Part shown: positions 42,731-57,700 of the stretch, piece by piece | Layout: each line of letters starts with the position of its first letter | Numbering within the stretch: the first letter of the stretch is position 1 | NCBI RefSeq assembly: GCF_009914755.1 | Contig: NC_060938.1 | Strand: one strand, 5' to 3' | Origin: the human T2T-CHM13v2.0 reference genome, Homo sapiens | Length of the DNA stretch: 64,000 bases | The notes under the pieces: model-generated | Databases searched by the model: none | What the model was told of the DNA's origin: nothing | Seen by the model: only the letters and a program-made list of their open reading frames with translations | Made by a program: the position numbers and the translations under genes

Positions 42731-45700
42731 GTTGACCACAAATTTCACATGTGACCTTCAATCCTTTCAGAGAGCTGATCCAGTACTGGGAGAAGACCTC
42801 AATTAAAATATCTAATAACCTTTTCTTATTTATTTATTTATTTTTAAATTTATTTTTATTTACCTTTTTCAGTCCACCACTACAATGTGATAATGGCCTT
42901 TTCTTAAACTGAATTTCTTAGCAGACACGCTGGGATGTTCAACCATAACACACGTTTCATCCTCATTAGCTGGTCTTCTCTCTAAAATTCACTAAATGTT
43001 TTCTCCTTTGAAGCTGACTTGATATCTGTGTAAACAGATTTATGTCAACAATGCAAATTAACAGGGAGCTATTATGCCTTTCCCTATTCTTACTGAAACA
43101 GAACTGTGAACTATAAAGAATTACTATAAAAGAACACTGTACCTAAAGTTCTCATTATACAGTGTTTGACCTGAATGACCACGTGCCTTAAACATGTTTA
43201 AATTAGTGAATGCTAGAAAGCCTATTGACAGCCTATAAAATGATAAAAAATACATGAATTCTAAGAAAATAAACAACAAAAAACAAATGGTCAGGTGAAT
43301 TTAAACTACGAGCCATGTCAACAAAGTAGAGAAAAAAAATAGCTTCCTTTTAAAGAAAAAGAAGGAACTTTCCATCTACTGAATTTATCATTCCTATCAA
43401 ACAATGAATAATCAAATATTACATAGAAAATAATATGTAAGATTGGTTTTGCTATGGTCATTTGTATCTCCTCTACAGCCCAACATTTAAATGTGTTTAT
43501 TACATAGAGAATGGAAGCATAATAGAAGTTTTCCTTCTTTAAACAAAAGGAAAAGAACAAAGTTACATGTAAAGAGTTTTGTACCCCAAAGCTTTTCCGG
43601 TAATCCATTTTGATACTGGAATAAACACTTAGTATCAAGATATTATTGATCGAAAGATAAAAAAGTTTCTTGCCCTCCTCCCTGCTCCAGGCTGACTCTC
43701 AGTGTGGATCAATATTTCTTTTCATTCGGACTCCATGATCTCATTTGGTACACTTTTATTTTCTTGCTTGCATGCAAGATAACTGACTCTCAGGGTTTGT
43801 TTGATGGAGATTCTATTATGGTCCTAAACCAATTATTTTAAGAAGAGATGAGGAAAAAAGGAGACAAACAAGTTGACAGAATCCATTTTATTCCTCTCCT
43901 TTTAATGTTTCTTGCCTTTCCACGTCGCCTTTCTTTCTCTAAGCTCCAGGCACTCTTTTTACAATAGAGAAACAGGATCTTGGTTGGCAGGAGTTGCCCC
44001 CTGTGAACAATAAAAAGCCAAGCAGAGATCACAATTCCCACACAGTGGTAGGGCAGCTCCTGAGGGGCAACAGATGGCAGCAAATGCCCGCTGAGGGTGT
44101 CTGGCTGCCTGCTCCGAACCCACCACCAACATGGGGGCAACCTGGAGATGATTTGTTTCTTGCTCCTTTCTATCCTCTTGGTGTATACTCCCTTTCGTCA
44201 TCTATTAAGTCATGAATCTGTTTCTACCACTATGTTCGACAGTCATGTAGTCTGAGAAGGGACTGGCTGCCTCTGTGAGTGAAAGACTAAGATATGACAT
44301 TAGTTACTGAACTGGCATCTGTCTTCTCTCCTTGTCATGTCCCGAGTTGTCTTGTGCTAAAGGGTGCTGGGAAAACATTTTAAAAAGTACTTACTAATTC
44401 ACTATATTGTTCACAATATTCCCCAGGGAAACCAGCGGAAAGTTTCCTTAGTTAGGCACCACTAGGAATTTGCTTCTGGTGTTGAAAAAAACAAAACAAA
44501 ACAAAACAAGACATAGCAACTAGGCACAGGAGCAAAGATTGTGAAAATTTTCCAGAGAATGGAAAATCTATTCCCAACCTCTTGGGGGTACATTAATGCT
44601 TAGTTCATGTCTACATGTTTACTGTGCCACAGGTACAACAGAGGCTTGTCTCATCAGCCTCAACGTGCATAGAGAGGAAGATCCTCTGAAGGATGGGGAG
44701 GGTCATAACCAGGAAACGTACAGGAAGTCAGTAAAAGGACCACGTCTCTAGTGCAGAAACTGTAGGCCAGGTACATGATGCATTGCTCCCTACCATCTGG
44801 TGCTGAGTATTTGGGCTCTGTATTGAAAATGAAAGGTAAAGGGAGCCATGAGAGCAAAAATCTGGAAATATCCCAGTTCCCATTAATACAATAAAACAGA
44901 CATTTATTTTAAATGACCAAATACAAAAACAAGGCCGTGCTATGGATCAATGATGAGAACATGTCATGAACTGATGATTATGATGGATCGATTATGTACA
45001 CCCCGGTACTAAAAAGGAAAGAAAGGGAAGCAGGGACTTTAGAGGGCAGAGAAGAAGAGTTAGCAGAACAGCACTGTGGGGCAGTTCCAATCTCTGAAAG
45101 GTCAGATGAGTCACATTTCATAAGGTTCCGACATTCATCCACTGCAACTGTGTTTTCTCATTGTTTTGAAAATCCAAAAACCAAGGATACTTTTCAGATA
45201 CTATCCTACTGTTTTGAAAGCATTATTCTCACACACTTTTCATTCCTCTACTATCTACTTGCTTCCCCATACACCTTACTTTGCAGGTAATGTTACCTCC
45301 AGTGAGCTGTCCAGAGGTTTGATCTGCTTCTGTTTTTTTTTTTTCTACAAATCTGAACAGAACAGTGGGAACTTTGGGAAAGGCTCAGGCTGTGTTCAGT
45401 GTCTGTGGGCCACTAATTGAAGGGTAAAACTCAGAGGCAGCTTTCTCTATACTTTCTTGGAACTCCACTACTTCCTGAATCTTCTCTTTCTAAAGGCCAT
45501 GGTGGGTGGCCAGGGCTCCAGCCAGCAGATGTAGTTTACATTGGAATACTCTTTAAATAATGGCAGAAAAGCAAATCCCTGTCTAGGGAATAGACTTGAG
45601 AAAATAACTCAAGTATTTGAGACTCCATTCAAAATACCATGAAAAAGGCATTTAAACTGTATAGTGGGAAAACACCTGAATCAAGAAAATGTTAAGAATG

Positions 45701-46308
45701 ACAAGCTGAAGTAAAACAGCAGAGATGAATTCATAAATTTAGTGTATCTGAATATAAAAACACAACTTACTATGGAAGTCCATTTATAGCCAGTCATGAT
45801 ATGAAGGCAGCTGTGCTAGACTGGAGTTTACATAACCTCCCTGAAGGCAGAGGGACAGACTGAAAAATCACATGAGGACTGTTCCTAGCAATGACAAGCA
45901 TACATTTTTAAGAAGCTGGTGACCTGGGCTGACTTGCTTGTGAAAAATAATGACAATGTTAAGAGTAGGCCTAGCTCCAGTCATCACTCTGAAATGTAGC
46001 TGCCAAAAGGGTGGGGAATACAGAGCAACTGTGTGTACAGGGGCTAGTGGTTGGCTGGAGCGAAGATGTGCAGGATGGATTTACGAATATCTCTATGAAT
46101 GGGGAAGATCTCCAATTTGCCAAAAATTGGAGGCCAGTGGCCTACAGACTGGGAGGTGCAAATCAGGAAGTTAGTTTTCTCCTTCCTATACATTGGCAGG
46201 GCCCTCCTCTCACTATCACATCTTAACCTATCTCAAGACCAGTTCCTACCTGAACTGCCCATCAATGCCTACCCTTCCTCTGGGTGACTGAGCATAAGAG
46301 GGGCTTTC

Positions 46309-46682
<374 letters not shown>

Positions 46683-49600
46683 TCAAGCAGAACTGTGTGT
46701 CTCCTCACTGGACCCAACAGGAGATGAATACACCCAATCACAGAGCTGCCTTACGTGTTTCTAGTACTCTGCTTCTTGCCAAGCCTGAACTGACCTGTAT
46801 TCACTCAGTTCTCTTTCACATGCCTCCCTGGGGCTTTATTTATTTGATCATTCTCTTCTAGTTCACTACCCCACCCCTAGTCATTCTCAGCAAGGGAATA
46901 CATTCATAAATAAATTACTAAATTCATTGATAGATAGAACCCTTAAATCAGCCTAGCTCTAGCCTACCACCTTTCCACTATAAGTTTATTTGTTCATATA
47001 ATCCTTCATACATAATCAGCTCCACTTGATATGTAATTCAAATTTACGTATCTAAAAGCTGGCAACACTTTTGAAACTTTGTATATTCTTTCAGTCAGTA
47101 ATATTTCTAGGAACTGCTCCTGAGAAAATAATAGTGAATGTGAATAAAGCTTTAATTACATAGTTAGGTCATGACATTGTTTATAGTAATGAAATATGGA
47201 TAATGACTTCAATTTCCAATAAAAGGGATTAGTTACATGCATTCTGTTGTATTTTCACATAATTAAATATGCAACAACTATAATGCTATAAAATATTTAG
47301 TGACATGGAAAGATGTTCATTTAGAAAAGGAAATTATGAAACAATATGTGAATATGTCTCATAACTACAAACACACACATAGATATGGTGTTCCTCTGAG
47401 TGTTTACTTCTCTGTAAACAGAGTACTTCTCAAGTATAGAAATACTGCTAAAAGCATGTTTTTTTCAAAAAAATACACTCTTTATTTTAGAATAGGTTTA
47501 GATTTACAAAAAAGTGGTAAAGGAACATTTGTAACAATTAATGAATCCATAGTGATACATTACTATTAAATCAAGTTCATACTTCATTCAGATTTCCTTA
47601 GTCTCTACATAATGTCCTCTATCTATTCTGGGATCCCAACAAGTATACCACTATTACTTTGGTAATTAAAATTTGTATTGGTAAAAAATTGTATCAAGGA
47701 AACCACAAAAATTTATGACATAAACCATGGAGACAGTGCTCATGAACGGTAGAAGCCTCAAATATTAAATCTCCAACTATCTAGATACGGAAACCCCTTA
47801 TTTCCTAAAGCACCCATGTTGAATACTTTCAAAGGCGGCTATTAGATGTGAAAAACTTCCCAGATATTCTATTTATTACAAAAAAAAAATGAACCACTGG
47901 AATCACTGGGCTGGAATTAGTCAGTAGAGTTTCCACTGTGAAGTTTTGGTTCTGAGATCTGGCTTACTCACCAGTTTTTGTTCTTCTATAGTGTTTAATC
48001 CCCCTGGGATTCTTCTGCAAAAGCAAATGGAAATGTCAGACTATCCTCCCCAAAAAAGAATGGTTTTTAAAACATGTTTTGAATTGGAAGTTTCCTACAA
48101 CACAAGCTCTTAAGTAATTGGCAAACAAAAGAAAAAGCTATGTTTAAAACAAGGTTTAAACATAGGGGACAACTAAAAACATTAACTCTCCTCTTTAATA
48201 TTAAAACCCCTCTTTTATTAAAGGCTGTCTTCTCTTTAATAAATTTCATAATCAATTTTTAGCATGTAACTGTATAGCTATCTCTGCCAAAAAAAAAGGT
48301 GGGGGGGCACATCTTATTCAGAAGACAAAGAAAAAGAAGGCTTCCACAAATTATTAAGATTCAAAGGATCCATCAGCCACCTACATTCTGTGGAGTGGGA
48401 CTGGCTGCAGACTAATCTAATCCTTAAAAGGTATACTAGAGAAAAACTAGAACAATTTCCTCTTGTCAAAACACATTCATATCTTCAAATATAGTTTTAA
48501 AGAGTTTTGGTTAAAATGACCTGAAGAACAGCTGCAAACAGCTCCTGATTTCCATCTTCCATTCCTAATGGAAATTCAGAAACAGAAGGTACCAACATCT
48601 CCATTTCTGAATCAACAAATTTTCATTTTAAATTACAATGACACAATAAAGGAATCCTATTTTGACTCATTTTCCAGCGGACAGTAATTCTAATATAGCT
48701 TACTTTCCAAAAGCAATAAACAAACAAACAAACAAACAAAAAACCCAAAGCACTGCCTACGTGAACCAACAGTCAGTGCAAGATGGGCGGCACGCGCTGA
48801 CATGGTGCTTCAGAGACTGTGCCTCTGTGTCTTCTCCCAAAGCATACACATAGAATGACTTTGCACCAAAGTAGTTCTCCTGGCAAATTGATCTTCAATG
48901 CTAACTTTCCAAAAATATGCACATATTCAGTAAAGCATATGGATCTATAATGTTTATGAATACCCTATTAATAATTTATTAATTATTTATGAATCCTGTT
49001 TTTATATATTTTGCCCCATGACAGGTACACTCAGTATGAAATGCTGAATTATAAAGCTCCTCACTATGTCTTGACATGGTTTTTGCCTTTATGTGTAAAG
49101 TCACATGAGAAATAAATATTTTTAAAGTTCTGAAGATGAAAGGCATAAGGAAGCATACATTCCACAGTTTTGTCAGGAAACACAAGAGACTGCTTTTCTA
49201 GCTTTTCCGAGACTTCATTGCTTCCCCATCAGTGCTCTGTTCTGGCCTAGCCATGAAAAATCAAGAAGCAAGGATGATACACCTATTTAGAAGGAAAATG
49301 TCTCAAGGTTTCCACCTGCCTGCTCTGGGTAAGATAAAACTTAGTGGGGTATATCTGAAAATCTAAGAGGACCATAAAGTTTCTGTGATATTTCTATTCT
49401 TTACTTAAATTCAAAAACGTTGCTTTAAAAAAAGAAAAACCACATCTGATACGTTGGAATTGAGAGGTTCTCTGAGGTGTCTGCCACCTCTCCCAGGTGT
49501 TGCCAAAAAAGCCAGTCTTCATGCTGTGATGAGCCCCTCCATCTCCAAAATAAGTGTTCTAAGAAGAAGGTCTATTTTCCTGTACTCAAGGTTTGGCATA

Positions 49601-50459
49601 TCCAAAGGCCACAGGGTAAACTGCTAAGGCCAGGCAGGCTTGCTACAGGAGAGCCACCTCAGGACTCTAAGAGTACCTAGGATAGACAGGCCTTAAAGCC
49701 CATTACACTCAATCCCCTACCTTCACAAGGGAGGCCACCAAGGGCCAGAGAAGAGCAAACGTGACCCAAATCATTAACTCAGGCACAGCTCTGGTTCTTC
49801 TAGTTTCTCTGCTAGTCACAGCAATTGCACTTGTTAACAATCCACAGATGAATGACATCCATTGTCTCAGTTATCAGCTCAACGTTTGCCTTCTCCCTGA
49901 AATCCTCCTCATGCATTCAGTATTTAGTCCAAACTGATCTAAATATCTTTGATCTATACTTTTAGGTTAAAAGAACCCTAAAGAACATTGGCCATGTGCT
50001 TGTTGCCATCCTCTATGACATCCACGTGACGTGATACTACCTAGTAACAGAAAATTTACTACTGCTTGTGGATGGATGCCCTTTTACTCCATGTACAGGA
50101 ATATATGAATATGGTTTTTGAGTCCCAGAAAATAAATCTGGTTTGCCTTTCATTTACAATTCTCAGATATCTGAACTTAGTGTTCATGAATTTGCACTTA
50201 TCCAGGGTAAACATGCCTAGCTTCTTTCTCTATGTTAACACATTGCCTGGTCTCCTTACGCAGTTGGTTAATCCCCCTCTTCTTCAGCTAGGTTAGTATC
50301 TTCTTCAGGGCAGGACACTCCGACAACACTTTCTGTATATGACCTGCGAAACTTCTACTTGCCCCAATCGCTTTGAGTTCACAAAAAAGGAGGGAAACAT
50401 TAGCTATTTCTGATATTTTATTCTGATATAATTCTCAATTGGTGCCAATTTTTGAAATA

Positions 50460-50710
50460 TTACATAGTGGTTAAAAACACCTTGCTTTGGAGTCAAAAAG
50501 ACCCAGCTACAAGTGCCTGAGCTGCCATTTCTTATCTGTACGATTTTGGTTGGGATACTTTATACCTCCATGTTCTTACCTATAAAATAGGAACAATAAC
50601 AGTAACTGTAAATCCAAGTTATTATAAAGATTATAAATGATAATGCATCTAATGACCTTAATACAGGACCTGACATATTAAGTATTCAATAAATGCTGGT
50701 TATCATAATA
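50460..50710 (+). mobile_element. MIR
   Basis: catagtggttaaaaacac...gctttggagtca...ctataaaataggaacaataacagta...aagtattcaataaatgctggttat. Confidence 0.8.
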
Positions 50711-52652
50711 ACTATCTCTGAGAAATCTTTGCTATCTAGAACTCATCTACAATTCAGATGACATGTTCTTGTTATTTTATTCTGGAATTTGGTAGTATTA
50801 ATTACTCTGTGGATTGCCAACAATTCTGTTCACCCTTTATGACTTGTCATTTCACATTAACTTTAACTATTTACACATTTGCCAACACTTTGTGCAGTCT
50901 GAACTTAAACCTGGTATTCAAAGTAACACTCTCATACTGTATCACATTATTCTTGTGCCACATGCATTTTAGCTACCTTAGAATTTTAAAAAACACCAAT
51001 AAAGCAATTGAGAAGGACTTGTAACTAATAAGTAGATAAATCCAGATTAAAATCCAAGTTTCCCAACTCCTAGTCAAGCATTGTAGAATATCTTGCTGTT
51101 TCTTTCTTGAATCCAATCCACAGGTATTGAGCTATGCCTTCTACTTTCTGAACCCTCCCAAAAGAGTCATGAAATCCCTTGCATTGAGTTTCTAAACAAT
51201 AAACATGCAACTACAGAATTTCATCTAGCTTCTGTCCTACCCAAAGTGACATCAGGACTCAAAGCATGAATGAGAAGGTATTTTGGCAGGAAAGGTATTA
51301 TTTTACTTCCAGAAATGTATAAGCTCTTGATAGTTAAGGCCTTAACAAAAAGCTTCCTAAACTATTATAATACATATAACATTTCTCTACACTTTGGTGC
51401 TTTATTTCATTATGACTTTTATAAAAAGCGGTAAAGGTAAATCATGTATTCATCCTTATTTTTTTTCCTGAAAATCAGCAAAATTCTGAACCTGTTAATT
51501 TATCATCACTAGCAACTAAGGAATTCTCAACAAAAAGTAAGCATCATACTTAGAACACATTCCCAACTATTAATTTTTCCACTTTCATGATTCAATTTTA
51601 ATCTCATAGCAAAGATGAAAAGGTTTATGTTTTAGAGGAAATTCACTCTCCTCAGCCCTTCTTCCTAAAATCTATATTTGGATTCAACAGTCAGTGGTCT
51701 CAAACATTAATGGAGGCTTCCATTGAGCCATTACTCTTTTTCTCTTTTTGTTTTGCAAACAGGGCTTATTAAATCTTTGCTGTAGGCACCAGGGATGAAA
51801 AACAGTGAGAATGTGCTGATGTGAAAGGTTTCACTGAACTCAGGCAAATCATTTCTGATTTGCCACAACTCCCTAATAGTAAATGCCCCAAAAGTACACT
51901 ATTTGGGTGGCAAATATAAATTACCATCACATAAAACACACTAAAGGAAAACCAAAACCCACCCCTCTCCCTGTGCCAGGGGTTTAAGGCAGAGATGTTG
52001 ACTGCAGATGCTTCCCACTAAGTATCGTCAAGTCAGCGTAAAGAATACATTTTTGGTGCTAATGCAGCTTGATGCAAGTCCTACTAGCAGTGAGGGAAGG
52101 AAATTGCTGCATATTTTAGGACACACTGCATTTCTTTATTTTTGCTATTCTCCACTCTATTTTAAGCTTAGACACACTCATACAAAATTAAGTTTAATAC
52201 ACAGTTTAAAGACATATAGTACACAATTTTAATAATTAATCACGTGATGATAAGGAAAGCAAAGCCAATATACTTCTGTTCTTCATGATTCATAGAAAAG
52301 GTAACCAAATTCCAGGTCAAGACCATGGTCTGAACACATGCCTTTACTTGTGGTTTCTCTTAAACCTCACTAAAGTGACTAAGGAGATTATCTTTTAAAG
52401 GCACAAACCCAAAGACAAATGAAATGGAAGAGAACACAACATCAACAAAACTTTGCAAGCTATATTACAAATGGATAGGTGGTTAATGACCCAAACAGGC
52501 ACAAGAAAGCTAAAACCTAAGCTGGCAGTAGGGAAAAGCCACAAAGCAACCCACCCAATATACATCAGAGAATCTCCCCAAATCTAAGGATTTTAAGGCA
52601 TCATCACTACCTTTGGAAGTAGGGGTGAGATAGAGCTAAGATAGAAAAAATG

Positions 52653-53037
<385 letters not shown>

Positions 53038-53615
53038 CTATGTACCAGACACAGTTTAGGGTAGTGGCAATGTATTAAAAATAATTACCGTTGTTGTTTT
53101 CTTCAAAGAGAACATTTGCATACTTGTTTAGAGTACCCTGCCCCTTTTCCTCTTTTTGTACTTAGCTCCCAGGACCCTGGCAGCCAGACCATACTTTTTA
53201 CAGGCAGATTAGAAAACCCTTCCCTGGGGAATCTCACCTAGACAAGAAAAAAATCATGAAGATGGTGACATCAGGGGCTTCCCCATTAAACAGCACAGCC
53301 AGGCCACCTTATCATGAAGTCCCAGGTAACAACACCCAATGACATGCTCAGGGTTTCTAATTGACTTTTAAGGTCCTCTTCTTAAATATGAGCCAACCAC
53401 CAAGAATCACTGAGCCAAGTCTCTAGCATGAAAGTTAGAGTCCTAAACAGACCGTCAAAAGCAACCAGGAATATACAGGGACTAGGCAGGGGGAAGAAAA
53501 CTTAAAAACAACAACAACAATAACAATGACTATCATTAATTCCCTCAGGAAAATAACAGAAGATGGTCTATTCATAAAACTAGAACAGGATGCTATAAGA
53601 ATACCCAGAAAAGAA

Positions 53616-53816
53616 CATCACACTCTGGGGACTGTTGTGGGGTGGGGGGAGGGGGGAGGGATAGCATTAGGAGATATACCTAATGCTAAATGACGAGTTA
53701 ATGGGTGCAGCACACCAACATGGCACATGTATACATATGTAACAAACCTGCACATTGTGCACATGTACCCTAAACTTAAAGTATAATAATAATAAAATTA
53801 AAAAAAAAGAAAAAAA
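53616..53816 (+). mobile_element. Short 5'-truncated L1PA (PA3/PA4-like) 3' end
   Basis: catcacactctggggactgttgtggggtggggggagggggg...gctaaatgacgagttaatggg...A-tail; TSD aagaatacccagaaaagaa at 53597 and 53817. Confidence 0.95.
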
Positions 53817-54599
53817 AAGAATACCCAGAAAAGAAAAAAATGTACTTACATATTATATGTATGTGTGTGTATGAATTTGTAAAGCTCAATTACTCAATTG
53901 TAAAGTTAGAAACTAAAGTTAAGAATATCTCCTCCCAAAAATAGGGTTGGAAGACGGGAAAAAAGTAAAAAGAAATTAGAAGAATCAATCCAGGAGAGTC
54001 ATACTAATCAGTATCCTTTGCAGAGAATATAATTCATGTTATTTAGTTTTAGCAGAAATTATTTCTTACCATACATTAAATAACATAATCTCTAAGACAG
54101 CTAAAGAAGCACACTTGAAGTTGAGCTTTCAGTACAACTTCCCAACTGTACCAGAGAACTAAGCCACAAAGGGAGCTTCACCTCTTCTAACATCCAGAGA
54201 CTGCCTCCTGAAGTGGCAAACTGCCACTAGAGCCACTAATTCCAGAAGCATGTTATTACTGCCAAGATCAGGGAGTCATAGGTATTGCTATGGACTGCAA
54301 AGCCAGGCTGTGCCTGCCACAATCCATACAAGCAAAATGGATGACAAGCAGTCTGCTTCTTGACCTCACAGAGCTAGTGCCCAAACACTGGGATGCCTGC
54401 TAATGCTGTCCCAGAGTAAAAAGCTTCCATGACCATACCTGCCAACAGAACAGAAAGAAGTACAGTCAAATCTAAATCACATTCAGAACACTAACTGCAA
54501 AAGATCTTAGAAACAGTGTCTATCCTTCTAGCCCCTGCAGTACACAAAGGTAAACTGGGAGGAGGTTGGCATGGATGTGGGATAATTCACAATATTCAT

Positions 54600-55185
54600 C
54601 ACAAGATCCTCAACATCTGAATAACGAAGTACTGAACAACAACAACAAAAAGATGCACATAGAAAACATGAGGGTCAGGTGGAGGAGGATCATGCATGAA
54701 ATTAATTCAAGAAAATTTAAAAAAAATTAATTCCAACACTGAAGGGACCCACTAACTACTAGTACAATAGATGAAAAGAAACCACTCCTAGATATATTAC
54801 TGTGAAATTGCTGAATACTAGGGATTAAAAGAAGATCTTACAAGCTTTCAGAGAGGAAGGGAAAAATGTCCTATAGAAAAGATAAGGAAATTAGCGTCCT
54901 TTTGGACTTCTAGAGGATACTGGAATCTAGAATACAAAGCCACAACATCTTCAAAAAATGTATTCCTTTGAAATAAATTGAAACAGTATTAAACAGGAGA
55001 TTCAAGGCAGAGTTAGCCCCTATTTATTCTTCAGAGGGAGCAGTGCTATAGAGAGATAGGCACAAACTCCCAGCTGATTGCCCTATCCTTTATTTAATTT
55101 GGTACACTTATTTCAACTTAGAATTCTATACCCAGCCAAGCTAACAATCAAGTATCAGGGTAGAATTACATTTTCAACAGGCAAG
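54600..55185 (+). mobile_element. HAL1/L1ME ORF1-region relic
   Basis: gaaattaattcaagaaaattt; aagaagatcttacaagctttcagagagg; tttcaacttagaattctatacccagccaagctaacaatcaag. Confidence 0.7.
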
Positions 55186-55620
55186 TTGTTTGTGCCAGCG
55201 CACTGCTGCCATCTGGGCTCTATTTTGACCTTTATCCTGAAACTTGTCTTTACTTTTTTCCTGTGTTGAATCCCTTTTTCTTGTATCTGTCTTCCTCTTG
55301 CTCAGTTATGTCCTTGTTCTCCAGGAGTTTCCTAAGGAAGGGCTCGTAATGTCTTCTGTGCACAGATAACTTTGGACAGTATGTTAATTACGGACGCAAA
55401 CAAGGCCTGAAAACAAATTAGGAGAAGAAACTGCTTCCACAAACCGTGGAGTCCTACTAACAGACTTATGAACATTTCCTTTTTAGACAAAAAGTGCCTA
55501 TTTAAATAAAGAATAGGGCAGTATATTGGGGGCTTGAGTCCATCTCTCCACAGTGCTGCTCCCTCTGAAGGATAAATAGGGGTTACCTACGCCTTGAATA
55601 CTCCGTTCATATCCTGTATA
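54983..55620. repeat. Inverted repeat with ~125-bp arms (54983-55109 and 55492-55620)
   Basis: CCCCTATTTATTCTTCAGAGGGAGCAG (55017-55043) matches the reverse complement of 55556-55582 at 26/27 positions; similarity extends on both sides. Confidence 0.85.
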
Positions 55621-56029
55621 TGGTTAGCCTGAATGTCAAAAGACTAAGAAAATATTATTAAGACATTAGTAAATACCACAATTTCATTTCACACTAAAAC
55701 CTCACCATTAATTCATTCCCTGTTCCCCATCCTGTAAAGAAAGAAAACTGTCAGGAGACCTGCCCGACCCTCTCTAAAGAAATTTACTTAGAATTCCTTA
55801 TGAATACTATAATCTATCTCATTTCACTAAATAGAGGAAAACCAATATTCATTTTACCCCACTAATATTAGCCTTGAGGGTACCCATATTTCCTTTATAT
55901 CTTAGAAAAGTTTATCTAGAAAAACTATTTAGGTAAAGCTTTGATTTGTTCAATACATACATAAAATCTCCCACACCAAACTAAAAGATAACTCTAATGG
56001 AATACTGTGTTCCTTCTCTTCTGACATTT

Positions 56030-56420
56030 CTATAATAAAACTTCTTCTAATGTCTTGAACATGTAAGGCTTCTTCCATATGATTATCCTGGTGCAGAACA
56101 TTTCCTCTTCCTGGAATGACTTTCCTGCTCTTTCACTTTTTGTTAACCCCCATTAATCTTTCAGAGGAAAGCTCAAGAGCCACATACCCTGGAAAGCCTT
56201 CCTACAACTGGACCAGATCAGGTTCCCTTTATAAATGTTCCTGGCTCTTAGTACTTTTCTTTCCTGGTAAGTATCTCAGTATATAACTATATATGTTTGA
56301 AATTATTAGATTACCCCCAACACATGTACACATTAGGTTCTATGGGGTAGTGTCTGTCTTGCTCCCCCATGTATTCAGAGCATCTTATGCAATGCAGACA
56401 GTCAATACAAAGGTCATGTA
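56030..56420 (+). mobile_element. L2 3' fragment
   Basis: ttcctcttcctggaatgactttcc...ctggaaagccttcct...gtgtctgtcttgctcccccatgtattc...gtcaatacaa. Confidence 0.6.
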
Positions 56421-57454
56421 TACATTAGTTTTTTTTTTAAAAAGGAAAGAGGTCAGTAGAGAGAAAAAAAGTGGAAGGAAAACAAGGAGGAAAGTGGGGG
56501 GAAAAGAGGGTAGAAGAAAGGGGAGAGAAAGAAAAATATTCTAGGCGCAAATCCTGATTTTAGGTGGAAGTATTTATTTTTAGAATTTTTTAAATTGATG
56601 TATCTAGCGAGCTATTCTGCTTTAGAAATTTCAGAGGTTGCCAGAGGACTTGGTAAATGAGCCAGATGTTTCTATATTCTTCAAGGGGGGAAATAATTCT
56701 GAGGAGGAAGAAATCATGGAGTTGCATCCTTAGAAAGCAATTCTGATTCTGGGCCAACCACACCCCTTGGTTTGAGTCTTTTTCTTCCCAGAAAAGTCAT
56801 GCAGAGGGCAGGGACCCCCCGCCCCCTCTCCATGTTGTCTTCCATGAGCATTCGGAGCAGACTGCCAGAGCAGGTTTCTGAACTCTGGTCCTTGTGCTCT
56901 GGCATCCCATTGACAGCACTGAGTTGCAATCCTCCGGGCCATGCTGTTCCCACACTGGCTCCATCTGGCCTGCAGACCATGAGAGCTGCAATGGGCCACG
57001 TGGGAGAACATCAAATATGAGGCACATTACTAAGATGTTATCAAGCAGGAGCAGGGGCTTGGGCAGAAATGGGAGAGAGCCGAGTGGACCTTGCACGTTC
57101 TCAACTATCAATTACTGTAACTAGAACTCCCACAGCCCTGAAGAGGGAGCAGAATGAGCCTCATTTTCCACATTCCGCTGCTTTGAAGTGCTCTGCCAAG
57201 AGACATTCAGCAGGAGAGCCCAGGAATGGCACTCTCAACTGCCAGGCTGCAGAGGGGCTTGGGCTGTCTCTCCTGCAGGTATGGTGCACACAACCTGACC
57301 ACTGTTTTCTAGGTGAGCTGTGGTAGTAGATCCCAGAGACTCAAATGCCCAGAGATAGTGACTGTCTAAAAATTATTGATTTTGATCTAATGATAGTAAT
57401 ATTTACAGAGAAACTAGCCTTTCGTATGAACAATACAGCTCTAATGACAAAAAC

Positions 57455-57700
57455 AACAATAGCTAACACTTAGGATGTGAGTGCTTATCATGTGCCAGGA
57501 CCTATTCAAAGTATTCTGCATATATTAACTTATTTAATCTTGGCCACAAACCTAAAGAACTTACCACTTAAATCCATTTTACACATGGAGAAACCAAGGT
57601 ACACAAAAATTAAGGAATTTGCTCTAGACCACACAGCTAAGTTGCAGAACAGAGATCAGAGCTTTGGCTATCTGGCTTCAGGGTCTGTGTTCTTATTTGC
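57455..57700 (-). mobile_element. MIR
   Basis: aatagctaacactt...gagtgcttatcatgtgccagg...ccattttacacatggagaaaccaagg...cacacagctaag. Confidence 0.85.
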
